NCBI GenBank assembly: GCA_023213395.1
Contig: CM041465.1
Span: 189,727,741 to 189,791,740 of the forward strand
DNA: 64,000 nucleotides
Direction: 5' to 3'
From: Cycas panzhihuaensis
Taxonomy: Eukaryota > Plantae > Cycadophyta
This document shows, piece after piece, positions 30,000 through 42,344 of this stretch; position 1 is the first letter of the stretch, and each line of letters begins with the position of its first letter. Both the position numbers and the translations under genes were made by a program. The notes beneath the pieces were generated by a model. That model was not told the DNA's origin, ran no database searches, and was given only the letters and a program-made list of their open reading frames with translations.

Positions 30000-32900
30000 G
30001 GCTTACAAATGGAAAGAGTTTAGTCAAAACTAAATTGATACAAGGGGGTCAACACATAATGCATCATGTGGCAAGGTTGTATATGGGTAGGATAGGCTCT
30101 AGTCCTTAGTGAGGGTCTAGGGAATGAGGGTAAAGCACTCTTACAAGTGGTTCATTGGCATGTACACCTATGAGAGGACATCTGCATAGAGTAAGAAGTT
30201 GAGGGTAGTGGTTGGTTTGAAGCCAGTAACTCAAGAGACATAGAAGAGTCAATGTGAGAGGGAAGATCCATGTGGGGTACCTTCTTAGGTGTGTAAGAAA
30301 TTAGAGTGACATGTCAGAGAGGAGGCTCATAATCCTTAACATCTAACTTAGGGTCATCCATGATGGCTAGGTAGCCATAACTACCTAAACCAATAAGTGT
30401 AAACCTAACTAGAGTAGGTTTATGATGAGGTAGGGTTTCATCCTGGTGAGACTTGGCCCCTTGAAAAAGATTCCCCAAGGAGGGGACAACCACATCGAGA
30501 TCACTAACTTCAGCATAGAAGACAACCTGGTAAGTAGGATGAGGAGTACAAGAAGGCAGACTCTCACAAGTGACAACCTTAACTTGTCCTTTATGGACAA
30601 ACTTAATTTTCCCCCAGTGTGAGGAACAAATAGCTACCATTTGGCTGAGCCATGGTTAACCTAATAGGAGGTTGTACTTGACATCAATATCAAGCACAAT
30701 AACATCTATAGAAATGATCTTCCTCTCCCAATACAAGTAAGACAATGACCATCCCCAAAGGAGACTTCTTACTTCTGTCATATCCTTGGTATTTCTAAGA
30801 AACAGACTTGAGAGAATTTATGCCTAGCTCTTTTAGCATGCATCTAGGCATAGCATTAACCAAGAAACCATTATCTATGATGGTCCTCTTTATGGTAAAG
30901 TTGAGGGTATCAATTGTGATGACAAATGAGTAGTGCCAAAACTTTTCCTATTCATTGGAGGATGGAAGATCTTATGGGTCAAACAAGATGATAGGCGGTC
31001 CATGGGAGGTGATACCTATGGTGTGGACAAGAGCATCGTGTTGACCAAGAGCTCCAAAAGAAGAGTGCATTGCTTAGGGAAACTCTGCAAGATGTCCATC
31101 ATGGAAATCCCTGTAGACACGAAGTGTAACTCTTTAAGGATAGATAAGGCCTTCCTTTTCCTTATAGATTAGGGAAGGGCTCTTCAAAAGTCATAGGAAT
31201 GGACTTAGAGACCATAGGGATCTTCATAGGTAGATTAGTTGTGGGAGGGTTTTACTTAGAGGTAGAGGCTTTGGTAGCCTCCTTTGTTGCTTGAGACTTT
31301 GTAAGCAAGTACAAGGGAGTAGTCTCAAATATTTGAATCACTCTATTCCCTTTCTTTTTGGGTTAAGATGATGGTGGTTGTTGAAATCTAGGGCTTGAAG
31401 TAGTGATAGTTCTGTACGTCCCTTCTCCTTTTCTTAGTCAGAAGAGGGTTTGGGAGATTGCCTTTTATTCCTTGCCCTCTTGTTTTAGGAAGATTTATCT
31501 CATTATCTATGGTTAAGGAAGGGATCTCTATGAACAGGTTGGTCTAGATTAGGCTTGGAAGCCTTTTTTGGAGAGTCATCATGATGTGGTACAAGCTCAG
31601 TATGTTGCATCCAGTATTGCAAGTCCTAATGAAGGCCCCCATGCACAAAACAACATTTCTTCTTAGGAGGAGGTCATACCTTCCTTCCTTGAGAAGTTTG
31701 AGTGTTCCCACCTTTAGGTGGTATGGTATGGGAAGCCTAGTGAACAAGCCTATATGACTTGGAAGAAGGTTAGGATGGTTAGAGCTTTAGTTACTTAAAC
31801 ATAAGTTTAAAGGAATGTACAACTGAGATTAGGGGATCGAAGGTCCTATCAGTCATGTTGGTAGGAGGCCTTAGAGGTTGTTGTTAGATCCTTTGTTCAT
31901 CTGAAGGAGGGGCTACCTCATGACATAGTGACTACTCTAGAGGCTTCTTGAGACTGGCTTGGATCTCAATAGCCTCTAATCCTAAGCATTTAGATATGGC
32001 ATAGTCATAGGTAGTCACCCCCATCTTGAGTACTTCAATGTAAACTTTAGGGCAATGGGTGTTGATGAAAAGATCTCACTTCAATTCCTCAGGCAACATA
32101 GCCTTAGAGGAATGGAGAAGATTGTGAAAATGATTAACAAAGTCACGATTAAGCTCATTAGGACCTTATTTAAGAGAAACTAAAGCTTTGACCCCGCTCT
32201 CAAATGGGCAAGCTACATCAAAGCAATTGATAAACTCATCCACAAGCTACTAGAAAGTATGAACATAATGGGCAAGGAGATGATAGAACCACTTAAGGCC
32301 ATCTCCTAGTAAAGATCTAGGGAATAGTTTCATTAGAATGTTATTGTAGGCTCAATAATTGATACACACCATGGAGAAACCCTAAGCATGCTTGGTTGGG
32401 TCCCAAAATGAAGTTCCATCAAATTTAGGCACTTTAAGAGGGTGAGGTGGCAGGTTGGTCATGAGAGCCTTAATGGAAAGAGGAGTTGATCTATAGTCGA
32501 TGAAGGGGTGAGCCCCTAGTTGAACTAAAAACTAAAGGGTCAACTTGAGGTATAGGGGGACGAAGATACAGATACCCAGCTCCACTATAAGGGGGTTGGA
32601 TGTATGAAGGATAAGGAATCCCACTTGTTTTATGAGAGGGGCCTATTCCCATTTGTGGATAGTCTGGAAAAGGGGTAGGTAGGTGAAAGGGTCTCATCCC
32701 ACTATTAGGGTGTGCCAAATGGGTGGCAAAAAATACTAGTACATCCCTTGAGGGGGTGGTACATGGGAATGAGAGATATGAGGGGGAATACATCTCCCTT
32801 GTAAAGGAGTTATGTATGAGGTTATACACACAGGTGATGGTATGGAATAAGGAATATGGTTTTATCCATAGGGTTTACCTACAGGAGGTGCAACCCCATA

Positions 32901-33660
32901 AGGATGGAGCAAATCCATCCTATAAGGTAGGAGAGGATTCAACCCTCCATGCCCCCAAGGTTAGGATGTGTACACTAGGGCTATGTAGAGGGATAGATCC
33001 ACAAATTATGGATGGGGGCATATGGGGACATATCCTCTATGACCTGAGGCATATGAATGTAAAGGTACTCTAGGTCAAGTGGAAGGGGTAAGTGACAAGA
33101 TGGATTGTGGCATGGTAGCTTGGCTAGGAGGGGACATTCTCAATCCTATCTGAGAGATAGGCATGTCCTAAGATGTCCCTTGAGTTAAGGGAATATTTAT
33201 AAATGAAATAATAATAGGAACAGGTCATGTTGAAGAGGGGGTATGTTGAGATGAAGTAGATAGAAGGGAGGCAGAAGAAGGTGGGGAAGTGCTTTAAAGG
33301 AGGCCTTCTAACCACTTTGGGTGTGGTTGGGTACTTGCAGCCTCAAAACATTACAACAACACTTCCACCACATTCGTATGAGAAGTTCTAGTGTTCTCAT
33401 ACGAGGTAGAGGGTTTCTCGTATTGAGCAGAACTCAAGGGTTACTCATCACAGGCCCTCTCACTAGGGTGAGAGTAATCCATGGTCTAAGTTACTCCTAC
33501 GTCATGCATAGGACAAGAATAGAAATCTAGATGTGTTTGATCATCTAGATAATAGATAGGATCCTCACCCTCTTAAGCTAGATCTTGAAGAGGGTATGAG
33601 GTTTATTGGTGAGCATTAGGGGCATAAGAATAATATGCCCAAACCAATGGATATCCCTCC
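30000..33660 (-). pseudogene. gag: Decayed gag-protease of element B
   Basis: Homology to D gag (PEELK, KVPKFDGTS), to the protease region (AICSSHWGKIKFVHKGQ) and to the linker (IGLGSYGYLAIMDD). Confidence 0.85.
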
Positions 33661-33919
33661 ATTGTTGATTCAGAATTAGATGAAGTAATAGAGGAGTAGA
33701 GGGGTTCTTCTTCCATAGGAGGAAGAATATGTAAGCAATGAGAGAATCATCGCATTCATGCCCTACCCAAAAGGACTATGAAAGAAGAAGAAGATAACTT
33801 AAGCCGATATGTTGAGGTTACCCAACACATTACATGAATGATAGGCAGAAGGAGGCTATGATGAAAAACTAAAGCGATGCTTAAGCTTCCTAACTAGTGT
33901 TCCCTAGAATGGTTGCCAA

Positions 33920-36900
33920 TGGAATCATACCTACAAGGGTATGGGGAACTATTATACTTTGACTAGATGCAAAGGTCCGAAGGTGTAAGATAGGGCATGG
34001 TCACCCTTGAAGGGTGATCGCATGCAAAAATGTAGGATTTGAGGAAATATAATAATGCATAGCTTCTATCTACTCTTGGGGTTTTTAGATGGTTGGGATC
34101 TAATAGAGAAAAGAAATACAATGGGAAGCACCCTCAAGTTACTGAATAGCCTAAATGAATCTCTTCTATTTTTAGAGGAAAGGGAAGAGGTAAGGATTCC
34201 CCTTCAGAAAGAGAAATGAAAGAGTGTCGAGCTTCTTTCAAAAAAGGAGACAAGATAAAGAATAAGGTAGGGATGATGAGTTGCAATTGTTTACTTATTC
34301 ACCCAAAGGGGTACCTCTAGGTGTAGGTTTATTATGAAAATTTTATTTCGAGGTTCTTATTTGGTTGCAAGAAGGATGGGTGATGATGTTAAGTCTATTT
34401 AGGTTGTTTGTAATTTGATTTTATCTTATGATGCAATGGTTGCAAGGTTTCTAAAACACAATAGTCATTACAATAAATGTACTAATCACTATTGCTCACC
34501 CTCACTCTCTTTTCCTTTTTGCTCAAGGGTTAGATTTAGGATGTAAGAAGAAAATAAAGAGAGAATGTTGCAACTAATGCTTTTCAATTAAGTTTGTTTA
34601 TAATGTAAGAAGGAAACACACAATATGCAATTTTGATTATGCTATGCTTCCTACCTATGCAAGGAGGATACTTTTAATATGTTTCTTTTGACATTCCTTT
34701 TAATGCACAAATCAATGTAAAGCTAAGGGAAATGAAATGGTGCATGAATGCAAAATCCCCCTTTTTATGCAAAATAGAGGTGACACATTTCAACCTATGT
34801 TATACCCTTTCTTTTACATCTAATATATGTGTGTATAAAGTAAAGAAATAACTTTCTCTTTTATGTATTTTCTCTTTTGGGAAAAGAAGGGGAGAATAGG
34901 ACAAGAGGAGAATAAGTTTAATGAGGTGCATCCAGTTTTATAATGTTTAGTGGCATGGCACAACTCCTTCCTATATTTCTCCTTTACCGGTAACTCAAAT
35001 CCCTTTGTCATTACGAGAGTTGTTGAAGAGGAAGAGGCGCTTCCTTACCTTCCTTAAATTCAAATTTAGTAAATGCAAACATCAAAAGAAAGGAAAGTAA
35101 TGAAATAGAAACAAGAAACCAACTATTATGCTAAAGCATGAAATGGTGTTACTTCTTATAGAATGTCACCTTGTTTGTAAAGTAGTCCTCCACCTATACA
35201 ATAAGGGTAAAAAAACCTTTCCATAAATAAAAGATATGTATATGTGTATTCTGACAAATGAAAATGTGATTAGTATGTTTGTTTCCAATGTACAATAGTG
35301 AAATAAAATTAAATATTATTTTTTGCTCTAAATCTCACCATACAAACATCAAAAGAGAAGTGGGAGAAAAGGAGGAGGGAGCTGCCTTGGGATGGCAGAG
35401 CTCCTCTATAGGGATAAATATCTCCCAAATGGCAAAAAGGGTCACGCATTTAGATGGATATTTAATCCAATGTCTTAAGGGGGGAATGAGATACCTAGTC
35501 TCAATGGTAGGTTATAACTTGTCAAGATAAAATGTCACACTAATGATGGTAGTGTATGGTAGAATACTTTGTAGCTTGGGATAGGGGATTACCTAAGTGG
35601 AAGGAGGGCCCTAAAGTCAAAACTTGGGCCTAGTATCCTCCATAGAATCTCCCTTAGCTAGCCAAAGCTCTCCACCTACCTTCCACTAATGATTTGGGTG
35701 GTAAAATAAAGGTATCATAATAAGAAGGAGGTGTTTCCTCTAAAGTTTGTTCAATCAAATCTGTTAAATGTATATGTCTTTACCCTCATACTAAAGAAAT
35801 AAGATAAACATATGTCAAATGATAGAGAAAAGACTGAGCAAGATAATGGTATTTTCTAATGGAAATAAGCTAAGCATGGGCTTACCCAGTTAGGAGAAAA
35901 GAATGATGGTGAGAACTAAGAATATTTTTGTTGAAGGAAGCTTTTGGGAAAAATCTTTGATTGATGGATGAAGAGAAGTATCTCCTTGGCTATAGTTATA
36001 TCTTGGGGAGGTCCTCCTGCCTTTAAAGTGTTGGTTTCCCTCTTACTTCCTTACTAAAAGCTATTTGTTTTCATACCCTATCTTAGAATGCTAGAAAAGA
36101 GAAGAAAGTTACTTTAATCTTGAGTGGAAAGTGAAGAATGATGATGAACAATCAATCCAAATCACGTTTTGTGAGTTTTAAAGGCCTCCAAGGACCATTA
36201 GGCCATGATCTGGGCTGATCCTAGGGCTGGATCTCATATAAGAAGAGCGTTAAATGTGAATTTATTCATTTTTGGCCATGTTTAAAATTTAAACAGTCAC
36301 ACTGTGAATTTATTCACTATGTCATGAATACATTCATGAGGCATAATAATTAGAGCAGTGCAGTAACAGTTTGATAGATTCGATAAAATACCAACAAATA
36401 TAGATAAAAATTTGATAAAAAGAAGGGGTAATCCCTTGTTGTTAGACCTAAAACATCTCTCTAAGGTCTATGGATATGATTTTGATTAATTTATAAATTA
36501 AAATTGGCAAAGACGCATAAGAAACATATCAAAATGAGCAAGGACTCAACAAAACAATGGTAATTAAGGATAGTAGGATGTAAACAAAGCCTAAATAAGG
36601 AACATTAATTAAACATATAAACAAATCTCACAATGTATGAGTGATGAAGGGCATCTCTCCATCAAGAACCTTGATAAACTATCCTAGGTAAACTGAAGGA
36701 TAGATAAGGCTCAACAAAAAAAAGGGAGAAAGTATTACTAGAAAGCATAAACAAATGGGAATTCACCTAAATCAAGCTATGAAAGCACGTGATGGGGCTA
36801 TTGTCAATTGGGGATTTACCATGGGAGCTTAATAATGCCATTGGATGAGAGTCTTGGTCGTCATAGGTAGAAACATACATAGGTAATGGGATCAAGTAAG

Positions 36901-37023
36901 TAATCCAAGCATTCATACAATCATACAATGAACATAAAGAATGAAATAGAGAGTAAGGGATATAATATATACCTGAACTTACCTATGTAAAACTCATGAT
37001 CCATTCTTGGTAGGCAAGAAATA
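33920..37023 (-). repeat. 5' LTR of element B
   Basis: Direct repeat of 22031-25144, adjacent to the PBS. Confidence 0.9.
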
Positions 37024-38257
37024 CACCGATTTAACTACCACCTAATGCTCTTTAGCTAGATTTACCATATATATACTAACCACACTAACTGCATGTGAAA
37101 TATTAGGCCTTGTACATACTATGGCATACATTAAACTTTCTACTATACTAGCATAAGGTACACGAGACATATTCTTTTCTTTTATACAACTAGGACTCAA
37201 ACTTGAAGAAATCTTAAAATGGAAAGCAAATAGGATAGTAACAGCTTTCACATTCCTCATACCAAATCTAGTTAGTATTTTCTCCACATATTTCTAGTGT
37301 GATAATCAAAGCTTACTATTCTTCCTATCTATGTGTATCTCCATGTCCAAGATTTATTTTGTTGCTCTAATATCCTTCATATCAAATGTCCTAGCTATTT
37401 GATCCTTTAACTTGTTGATTTTGTCCATATTTTTGCTTACCACAAGTATGTCATCAACATATAACACCAAAATGATGAATAAGCCATTGTCCAAGGTTTT
37501 AAAATAAACACAATGATCATACTCACTTTGTTTAAAATTGTGTCTCTCTATGAAGAAATCAAACTTCTTGTATCATTGCCTAGGTAATTACTTTAGGTAA
37601 TATAACGATTTCCTGAGCCTATAAATAAATCTATTCTTACCATCCTTTATAAAACCTTTTAGTTATTCCATATATATTTTCTCCTCTAAGACCCCATATA
37701 GAAATGTTGTTTTAACATTTAATTGCTCCAACTCTAAATTAAGTAAAGCCACTAATACTAACACAACCCAAATAGAAACAAACTTGACAACTTATGAAAA
37801 TATTTCATGGAAATATATACCTACCTTTTGCACAAAACCTTTTGGCACTAATCTTACCTTGTATCTTTCAACTTTCCTATCAACATCTATTTTCCTTTTA
37901 TAGACCCATCTATAACTAATAATTCTCTTGCCTTATAGAAGTTCTACCAAGTCCTATGAGTTATTCTTCTCCAAGGTATCCATTTCTTCCTATATTGCCC
38001 TTTTCTACCTTGCACTATGGACATCATCCATTGCTTCCTGAAAACATATAGGTTCACCATCATTAGAGATCAAAGTAATAGAAATAATTAGACTGCACAT
38101 TTTAAAAGGATACTTGAGCCATGTAGATCTTCTTATAGATGGTTGAGGAGTGTTCTTATATTCCTATATTTTTTCTACAAGTTCATTTTCAGAAAATTCT
38201 TCCTTCTTTTCTACTTCTGAAAATGGTTGGGTTTCAAACTTTACCTATTAATGTTCT
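37024..38257 (-). pseudogene. pol: Copia reverse transcriptase (continuation of 21515-22030)
   Basis: VPYASIVESLMYAIVCTRPNISHAVSVVS, a LVLYVDDIL motif near 37450 and a QLNVKTTFLYG motif near 37710. Confidence 0.9.
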
Positions 38258-39514
38258 TGGAAGTTCACCTTTAGGGGGTCACTATAGGTGAGTTATCCTA
38301 GACAAATGCTTAAGGTAAACTAGAGGTCTATAGATCTCAAGAAGGAAAGATCACCCTCAAAAGGCATCGATGCATTTGAACATAGATTCAGGGACCTGCA
38401 AATAGCACGTTATCCTCCTTTCCTTTTCAGAGTATCTCTTTTGGTTCAGGTTGAAAACAAAGCCTCTTTAGGTAACTAAATAGTTGAGTAAAGCACTCTT
38501 GTCCTTAGAGGGAGAGAAGAGGAGCTATACTTCCTTTTAGAAAAAGAAGTAAGTAGGAAAGAAGAAAGAGTGGTAGCAAAATCGAGAGGTAGTTTTGACC
38601 AGGCTTCTCAGGGTCTAGAAGTGTATTTAGAAGGGGATGAGGTTTTGGATGCTAAAACCTCAAAAATAAGATAATATTGCTAGCATCCAATGGCAACAAA
38701 GATGCAAGCTCTTATTTAGTGAAAAAGGAGAGCGAGGAAGGTGTAGGGTTGCAACCCAAGGATGGTTGGAAGGAAGTTATGAATATACCTTAGTAATTAG
38801 GTTGTGAAGTCTTCTCAGGTTATCAAGAAGAATATAACGATCTTTGAGTTTGAAAACTCTTATGGTTTTGGGGTGTGTTTTATTGCAATTGAGCATCCAA
38901 AATGATGTTTGACTTTATACAAGGTAAGTGTTGTCAAAAGAGCAAAATATGCAATAAACTAACACCATCAAACAAGTATATGAAATAAAGGTGTAACCTT
39001 TTTTTACTTATTTCCCTTACCTTCTTGTGCCTTTGAGTGGATGCAATGAAAACTAAAGGTTATAGAGGACGAAAAGAAAAGGTGGGATGCAAGGTGTTAC
39101 CTTGCATGGGTATGCCTCCTCTTTAATGAGAGGAGGATGAAGAATCCAATTGGCATTCCTAAAGGTACATGGAAGATGATATACACTTTCGTCTCCCTTC
39201 CCTTTATGTCATGCAACAAAAGGAAAAACAACTTCTAAAAAATAACCTTTAAACTTTCCTATTTCTTTTCTTCTTTTCTTTTTGAATTAAAACAAATAAG
39301 ATGATGGGGGTGAAGAGAGAAATATGTGTAAGAAAGTATGAACCTAATCATAGAGTTGATGCCACATTTCATTGTGCACCTTTATTGACACTCTTCATGA
39401 TGTGTCCCTACAAGTCATCGACGCTTTTGGTGCTATTGCCTATCGTGCAAGTCGTTGGAGTTAGAGGGAGGGGATTTTTTACCTTCCCCTAATCTCCAAA
39501 TGAGGCTTACTTAC

Positions 39515-42081
39515 TGTTTCCCAACTACTAGGAATGGACTCGAGATGCATCGACGCAGGTATGTTTAGGTATACATTCTTACTTTTTCCTGCCCATGGTT
39601 GATTAAGATTATTTAGCATAGATTGCTTAGCATACACCTGCTTGCATGCATTGCTTCTCTGCCTGATCATATTGCATGTGCTTACGATATATCATCAGCC
39701 TATGACAACTCACAACAGGGGCATTCCTTAGTGAATGCTACACCCCGTATGGTGCACAACCACCCACTTTGTCTCCACAGCCTCCCGGGATGTTTCAGTC
39801 AGTCCTGTTTGCTCCCGTTATAATATGTTGCTTGTGTTGCAGTCCCTCCTAAGCCTGATTTAATCCTTAGTTGGGACTCATTTCATTATTTTATCTACTT
39901 GCCCATTACCTGGGTATTCCTCCAGCTGCTCCAGCTTATTTTTTAGTCTTAATTTTTACTTCAAAACCTTATATTTCTGCCTTTGTTTCTCTTTTTTTGT
40001 TTCCAATCTGATACCACTATAAACTTAGCGATACCGTGGTCTTTACTGCGATACCACGAAGTTTACTGCGGTATAACTATTTGAAATTAAAAAAAGAAAA
40101 CTACGCAAAAATTTTCATTTTTTTTGTGGAACTACTGCGTGGCATCGATCGATTCACATCGCCCTGACACCCCCAATGTTCACCTGTAGTGAACAAGGGG
40201 ATAAAGGGGATTTTGCTCCCCATTCTTAGGATCTTTTTGCCATTTTTTTGTCTTTTCAACTAGAAACTCACAGAGAAAGACATAATCTACATGCATAAGA
40301 ACCTATTATAGAAGAGAAGGACTGCTACAAGCTAGATTTGCAGGGACCATTGCTTCCCCCCTCGACTCCTTCACGCCCCCCTACAGCCTCAACGGGGTCT
40401 CATACCTCTTTGCAAGTGATTAAGGTTTTAAAGGAAACTTCTACCAAAAAGCTCCTCTAAAGGGCCAACTACCAAGGCTCCAAGTTTACAAGGATATTTC
40501 CACATTTCACCCTTGCAAAAACCTGCTAGTATCAGCCCTCATACATTAGTTATTCATGATGTTTCCTAACAGCAAGCTCATGTTTGATTATCCTCTAACA
40601 AGATATTCTTTATTTCCACTTGTAATTTGTTTTGTTCTTATTTCTTTTATGTGTTGATGAATAAAATTCTAGTTTGTCTAGTTTTTATGTCATTGTACTA
40701 GATTGGTGCTATTCCCCATTTTCTTTTGAGGCCTCACTATTTTCTTTAAACCATCCCTCTCAACCCTTTCTTGGTTGGCTATTGCAAAGGGGCAACATAA
40801 AGAGGATTTGAGGAAGGTAGGTGGGGTTCCGTCCCCCTTTGCTGCCCTTCTCCCCAAGGGTTCCGTCCCTTGTCCTCTTTCCTTTTGTTATTAGCACTTT
40901 CTTAGGAAGTGGGTTAAGGGAGTTTAGGAAATCTAATTGTGGTGTTAAAACCAACGCTGGCAACTTGTTGCCACGCCGATTCCAGAAGTTTCATTTGTCT
41001 GTGTTGGGCCCTACCCAGGTCCCAAATCTTTCTGTTACTCCCTTCTTTGTTACTGCCTGTTGCCCTACGACCTTGTTGTCAACCTGTTTCTCCTTCCTGA
41101 GCCCTGTGGAGGTCCTTCGTGGGTGAGTTAGCCATTTTGAGGCTATACTCTTTTATCTTTTAGGTGTCTTTATGGTGTATGGTGGTGGGAGTCTTTATTG
41201 CATATTGCCATTTTACTTTGTTACATATTGATGCTTAGTGTAGATTTAAGTTCCATTTGATTTTAGTACGTATCTTTGGTATATTTTGTGGCTCCTCTTC
41301 CAAGAGAAAGGTATTCTTCTAACTTGTTTGCAGGATCTAGCGTTAGTGGAGCAGTACGTGGAAGGAACCCATTATAGGTTAGTTCTACGTATAGTGCATC
41401 CTTTATTGTTTCACGCTTTCGCTTCTTTTCCGTTTTTTTGCTTTTGCATGTTTAAAGGGAGGTAAGTTAGTCCCTCTTACATTGCTTCTGAATTATCGCC
41501 AACCCAAGATCGCATGCACAACAAACAAAGTAGGAAGGAATGGGACTCAAAGGGACAAGCAGCACTCCACTTGGGCGCTGAATCTAGGTATTTTTCTTGT
41601 TCCTTACATATCCCTTTTACATTATTGTCTTTTATACATTTGCTTGTATAGTTAGGAATATGTAAAAGATTAAAAAGGGAAAAAGAAGGTGTACTTATTT
41701 TTACATTGTTTCTTACATTAACTAGTGTAGCATAATGTAGTTAGATTGTTTACATTATATTTGAGTTACCCTCGTTGTACCCCCCTTTTCGCTTTTGCCT
41801 ATATGTTAGTTTATTGCCCTTCCGTTTTGTTGCCTTCTCATTACCTTGAGAAGACGCAACACGCCAGGCGCTTTCTCCTCTTCCCGGCCATCCGAGGGAT
41901 AGGAAGGCCTTACTTTGCATGGTTACCTGGAAGTAACCAGGTACCTTGCAGTTTTGAATCCATGCTCTAGCGCACGGATGCCCTGTGAGGTGAAGTCCTT
42001 ACTGCCTAGTTTAATCAGTATTGCATATTTTTATACCCTTTTTGCTAGACGTAGGGACGCCACTTCGTAGCAAGCGTTTCA
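39515..42081 (+). repeat. 5' LTR of element D (2567 bp)
   Basis: Direct repeat of 53560-56109. Differences are mostly transitions (4 in the first 60 bp) plus a ~20 bp indel near 40360. Confidence 0.96.
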
Positions 42082-42082
42082 C

Positions 42083-42100
42083 TGGCGACCATACTGGGGA
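42083..42100 (+). promoter_or_regulatory. Primer binding site, tRNA-Arg-like (TGGCGACCATACTGGGGA)
   Basis: Starts TGG one nucleotide after the LTR end and resembles Tat/Ogre Arg PBSs. Isoacceptor not determined. Confidence 0.8.
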
Positions 42101-42344
42101 CTACTAGTAAGGGAACTAGTTTCGCTTCCCCTTTTTGTTGGTGTTCTTACCTCTAGGTAGTCTCTTATTCTGTATTTCAGTTGGGCAGCCCCTAATGTGC
42201 TTGCTTCATTTCCCTCTTTTTGTTTCCTTCTAACAATGCTCGCGAACGCGTTGCATGCAACGTTTCTCACGCTTAAACTGCAGTCTGCCGTTGTTAGAAG
42301 ACCAATCACCTCGTTTCCTTCCGGCGTCAAACCCCGATTCAATA

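Larger units (their letters stand above)
22031..37023 (-). mobile_element. Element B: complete two-LTR Tat derivative with gag-PR, PMD gene and aRH but no RT-RH-INT
   Basis: LTRs 22031-25144 and 33920-37023. PBS tggcaaccattctaggga (33901-33918, minus). PPT-like 25145-25155. TSD caccc/caccg. Splits the Copia RT between EH*VVVKS and VLRYLRG. Confidence 0.88.
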
